Origin: Perkinsus chesapeaki ATCC PRA-425
Taxonomy: Eukaryota > Protista > Perkinsozoa
Assembly: GCA_013115145.1 (NCBI GenBank)
Contig: JAAPAO010000140.1
Location: 619-64,618 of the forward strand
Direction: 5' to 3'
Length of the DNA: 64,000 bases
Made by a program: the position numbers and the translations under genes. Below the pieces are notes generated by a model, which made no database searches, was not told the DNA's origin, and saw only the letters and a program-made list of their open reading frames with translations. Positions 59,436 through 64,000 of this stretch are shown piece after piece; the stretch's first letter is position 1; every line of letters starts with the position of its first letter.

Positions 59436-62004
59436 CTATTGCATCCTGTCTTTCACAGATTTACTGATAAAGTCGTCGATAAGCTGCTTGGCTACTTGAG
59501 GTTGACCGATGGGCACCGAGTGCCCCGCGTTCCTGGTGACAACAGTAGTGCCATTCTCGCTAAGAAAGCTCACCTTATCGAAAAAGTGCGTAAGACTGCC
59601 TCCTTCACGGGAATAGCCATAAACCACTCTCGCCTCGTTTGGCTGAATGAGCAATGACTAGCTCCGGCAGCTAGGAGTAAACGGAATCACAATTCGAACC
59701 CGTCTTCCACTTCTATCTGACTCGCCTTTGGTTATCCCTCACGCGAATTCGTCGAACTTCGATTATGAAGATTTATTAAGCAACCCACCGAAATTAAAGC
59801 TTTAATTCAATCGATTGTTACGCGTGTTGTGTTATTGAGTAACTTACTCTCCATGGGCCCATCCAAATCTTCCGTGTTGAATTGTCATACTCAGCTTTGC
59901 CATCCCATTCAATGTGCTTGAGCCATTCTTCAGTCCTGAGGTACGAGGAATTACATTTGCCACTTCGTTACGTGATGTGGCTTACCCAACAAAACCGTCC
60001 TTGACGTCCATTTGCCCTTCCCACAGTAAAACAGGCACACTAGCATTGAGCAATGGTGGAATGAACTTAGCCAGCGGTCTCATAATATCCTTCTTCATCC
60101 TATCCACTACGTCATACTCATTTCTTAGCAGGAGTAAATTAATTAACCGAATAATAAATCACCAACGAGTTCGTACTTGAACTTCCTCTCTGGAACGTTG
60201 AAGGCCTCCCTCACTTGTGGACGATTGGCAAAGTGCTCTAGTTCTCGGCTGCTACTGCCCATCTTCCTGTAGAGAGCATTAATGTCAGGCAGTGCCCCTC
60301 CAGTAAAGATAAATCCACCTTATGTCATAGAGACTGACTCCTCCGCTTTCCTGATGTATCAAGTCCTCTAGTTTCTCACGTGCTTCTAGGGATCCTTCCC
60401 AACTGACGAATGATAATCAATTTCACCGTTTTGCTGGTGTAAATAGTGGGAGGCTCCCCTTTACCCTTCTTTGCACGTGACACTGAAGTGAAGCTCCGCT
60501 GCCCAACTTACTCATAATTAAGTGCGAGCCTTTGACTTCTCCTTGCCCATCCACGAGCCTCCACAAGTTTGTCTTCACCAATAAGACCAAAATAATAAGC
60601 TACATCGGCCTTGACGGCAACTTGATAAGCTAACAAGCATCATGTCTATGGACGAGGCAGTGAGGCTCTTACCTGGATAGGTCAGCCCGTTGCCGATTGC
60701 TAGCCCCGCCAGTGGTACATTTTCGATTGGGTTACGAAAGAGGTAATGGCCAATCGCTGGAACGTAGTGGCCTGCATACGACTCACCGACGATGAACCTA
60801 AGCAAAAGAATTGCAAATTGTGGGGAGGAATGGCTTCAGATAATTGATGGGCAGTAAAAGTTATGACTAAAGATCAGCAGCCAATAAATGTCTTCTGAGC
60901 ATTGCCCGTAAAGAGTTGCGAGGTGGTGGAGCCAGCTCGCCCCTGATTTATGGGCCCCAACAATAAGGGTTCCAGTGGCATATGAAAATTGAGGCGGAAC
61001 ATATACAAAAAAAGTAACATGATAATATAGTCTGTTAAACCAGGGTAGATGCTCACAGGTAAGCTGTCACAGCTTGAGTAAATGGTAATAGGACACTTCA
61101 CGACAACAAAAAGAACATACCAAAAGATCCTACAAAGGATGGCCCTTCAAGTTAGGCTTCACTTCATCGTAGAATTTAGTTAAGAAAGTGTTGAGCTGTC
61201 GGGTGACATCGTGTTCAGTGTCATGAGCATAGCACGAGTAAGAACGTGAGTAACTGTAACCGGTGCCCACTGGGGAGTCAACGAATATCATATGATAAGT
61301 TTCAGCCCAAGTGATGTTCCGGCGAACCTGATCGGATCAATCGGCCACATCAAGCTTGGTAATTGACAGTACCAGCTTGGACGTGCCCACGAGTTCGAGA
61401 GGCCCAACTTCATAGAAAGCGCTTATGAGCCCGGATCCCCCAGGGCCGCCCGCCAACCAAAGTATGACAGGAGTACTTGGGCTGTTCTTGAGCGTCTCGT
61501 TTATTGGAGGGAAGTACCTAAGGACCATACGATGTGATACGCATTGGTTTGTCAATGTGTATGTCAGCGGCTCACCAGTAGAACATGTCAGCGCTGCAGC
61601 GTGAATCAACCTCAATGGTTCCAGCTTCACTCTCTATAGCGAGAGCCTGATCAGTACGAGAAAGCTATGATGGATTAACTGTGGACCAAATTCGACTTGG
61701 AAGTCTATCGTTGAAACGATTCGATTTCTGTCTCTATACAGCTTTTCAACGGATATTTCAAGAATAGAAACTTCCTAAACCATCTCCCTGCTGGGAAGCT
61801 CCTAAACGAAGAACCTCGAGTTCAATTTCGCCAACCTGTCACTATTCTCTCAATAGGCCTTGAAAAGGTGTAGATGAAGGAAGAGCGTTTCGAGCTCACA
61901 TTTGGGTCGCTTGATATGTTGGAGAAGTCCACTGGCGCACCGGGGATGCCCCTAAAATTGAAAGCAAGAAGCAACAGGGTGCTTGCGAACGCGAATCTTC
62001 CCAT
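59436..62004 (-). CDS. Secreted serine carboxypeptidase (family S10), multi-exon
   Basis: Signal peptide; PVILWLAGGPG, FVDSPVGTGYSY, IVGESYAGHYVP, LAIGNG, EGQMD, NAGHSVP. Confidence 0.93.
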
Positions 62005-63456
62005 AAAAGAGACCAAAAATACTGCCAGGCTTCACCAGAAATGACCTGCCAGAGGGCAGCTAGACCCCCAGTATCAGCGGTAAGGCTCGTTCCATCTCAC
62101 ACTATGGCAACTTCTTATAGTGCCGGAAAGCGATTCCCCGGGTGACGCGTCGAAATTCATAGCGATGTTTTGCGTCACACGTAACTGCGTAATATACATA
62201 ACCTTCCAAAGTGCTATTGTAGGCGTTGATATTCAGATGTACCAAGAATACGATGACGAAGTTAACTGAGCTCTCGCGATACTACCATCCCAACCCAACG
62301 GCAGGAATGATGCTTTATCTTATAATGCACCCACCCACCCAGCTTTTTTGTGAGAATGTGTGACGCCATTATGCACCACTATTAGTAATAGCCTATTGCA
62401 TAGTAGCTTATACGTTCATTAAGCCCCTCGTCGGATTCCAGTTGTATAAGATTCTTATACAGTATAAGTAGTTCGCAATACGGTGAACGGTGGCTGCGTC
62501 GATCGTTATAAAAGCTCTTCGCTTGTCACTTAACTCGATGATGGTCCGCGACTTGAGCGTTGCTTTCGACACCTTTCGGTATCATCATTGGAAGCCCTGC
62601 ACCGGAAGTCTCACCTTCCAGGAGTTTTCCGGAAGGGCCTTCCGGCCTATGTCTCACTGAGAAGCACACTATGGATCCTCCGATTTCACTAACCTGAATG
62701 GCACGAGAGGGAATCTTTCTTTATGATCGCTCCTCATGTAGCTCTCCCGATAGGCATCTACGAGGCATGCTTACTGCCGGTGAACCACGGTTCGAGCTCA
62801 CACATGAAGCCTATCATTCTAGGCGATCTGCCGAATACATTTGTCAGCCTGTATGGTTGAATGGCACACGCTTCGACTGTTGTTCAATGTAGAGGATTCG
62901 ATCATGCCATTGATCGTTGCTTGTGATGGCCATGTTTGCCTAGCACAAGATATTGAGTGTAGCGTAAAATAGCGTGCTTGTAGGGAGCGCACGTTGTGTG
63001 TGGGTTGCACCACCCGTGGCATTTTCGGGGTCACCCGGGGTTGAGTTAGTCAGTTGAACTCGCAAAGCTAAGAGGTCTCTATGGTCGAGACTTTTATGGT
63101 ATCTTCGCAGTTACGCAAGGTTCCAAACCTCTATTTTTTTGTTTCCTCTTTGGGAGGCGCCAGTCTTGCTCCTCTGAAGGCGATTTGTCTAGGGAAGACT
63201 CTCGCCACTCTTAGAAGCATCCTGGCCCTGCGATACCTTATCGGAGCGTTCTAGCAGAACTTACTCCTGATCCAGGTATCGCCTTTTCCCAAGCTCCCGG
63301 AGAGGAAAGCGGTTTTAATGCTGTTGTAACTGTTAGACTTAAAGCGACATACTGTAGTTCGTGAAACGTTGTAATATAAAAGGAAGATGATTGGGGTATA
63401 AAAAGTGAATCTAGAATCCCTGGTATCCGTTGCGGAACAATTAGGAACAGGGACCG

Positions 63457-64000
63457 CTAACATCTCTCAAGAGAAGCGCGGAAGAATAAACCTGCCTTGA
63501 ATTTCAGTTTATCCTTACTGGCAATCGTCAACTCGAACTTGTCGACATTCATTTTCTCTTTCGCTTCTGCAAGTGTGTGATCAAAGTTAGACATAACGAT
63601 ATTACTACCGACTACTTTATAATCGCAGGAGCCTATCAGATTGACTGAGGGGATGTTAAGTTGAAGACGGCCTCGAGCCAATAGAAGCCTTACTGACTTT
63701 CCCCAAACACTCCCACAAAAATAACCTTCAAACCCGGGGGCTACAGACCTGGTTGTTGTCATCTTAGTTTTGATACATGTAGTTGAGGTAGTGGTAGTTG
63801 TGGTGATACGTGTAGTGGAATCTGTAATGGTTGTCGGAACACTCACCGTGCTAGGTGTTGTTGTAGATACTGTACTAGGCCTGGTCATCGTCGTCGAACT
63901 AGTAGGGGTAGATTCGGTGGTAGGTGAAGTCATCGTCGTCGAACTAGTAGGGGTAGTTGTAACGCACGGAGATGGTTTGAGAGTTGATTCGGTGGTAGGT
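63457..64000 (-). CDS. Thr/Ser-rich mucin-like protein with small Cys-containing C-terminal domain (5'-truncated by window edge)
   Basis: Frame open from 64000; TPTSSTTMT repeat encoded twice; C-terminal GYFCGSVWG...GSCDYKVVG. Confidence 0.7.
   Translation of the reverse strand, partial: PTTESTLKPSPCVTTTPTSSTTMTSPTTESTPTSSTTMTRPSTVSTTTPSTVSVPTTITDSTTRITTTTTTSTTCIKTKMTTTRSVAPGFEGYFCGSVWGKSVRLLLARGRLQLNIPSVNLIGSCDYKVVGSNIVMSNFDHTLAEAKEKMNVDKFELTIASKDKLKFKAGLFFRASLERC

Noticed and set aside
59304-59657. 117-aa plus-strand ORF
   Set aside because: Overlaps antisense the carboxypeptidase last exons carrying the catalytic His (NAGHSVP).

Overview
Gene-dense eukaryotic genomic DNA with many short (about 35-70 nt) GT-AG introns, so most ORF-track entries are exons or antisense shadows. 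Intron style and gene content (tandem secreted aspartyl proteases, single-domain EF-hand cation channel, PPR protein, AAAP transporter) suggest an alveolate of the Perkinsus/perkinsid type; this is inference. Genes reconstructed by hand: CUE-domain protein, three intronless pepsin-like proteases plus a relic, FAM183/CFAP144-like protein, type-B carboxylesterase, PRL-like phosphatase, 6TM voltage-gated channel, two paralogous small 'GRF-motif' proteins, three glutaredoxins, amino-acid permease, MGRN1/LOG2-like RING ligase, a stand-alone ProRS-type anticodon-binding protein, an intronless PPR-nucleotidyltransferase fusion, DNA polymerase zeta (REV3), a TRF4-like nucleotidyltransferase, homoserine dehydrogenase, serine carboxypeptidase and a truncated mucin-like protein. 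No rRNA, intact tRNA, CRISPR array or autonomous mobile element was recognised. Best leads: the PPR-poly(A)/poly(U) polymerase fusion, the duplicated GRF-protein/glutaredoxin module, a 110-bp esterase fragment copied into a neighbouring gene, and tRNA-3'-half-like motifs shared between short introns. Boundaries of multi-exon genes are manual and approximate.
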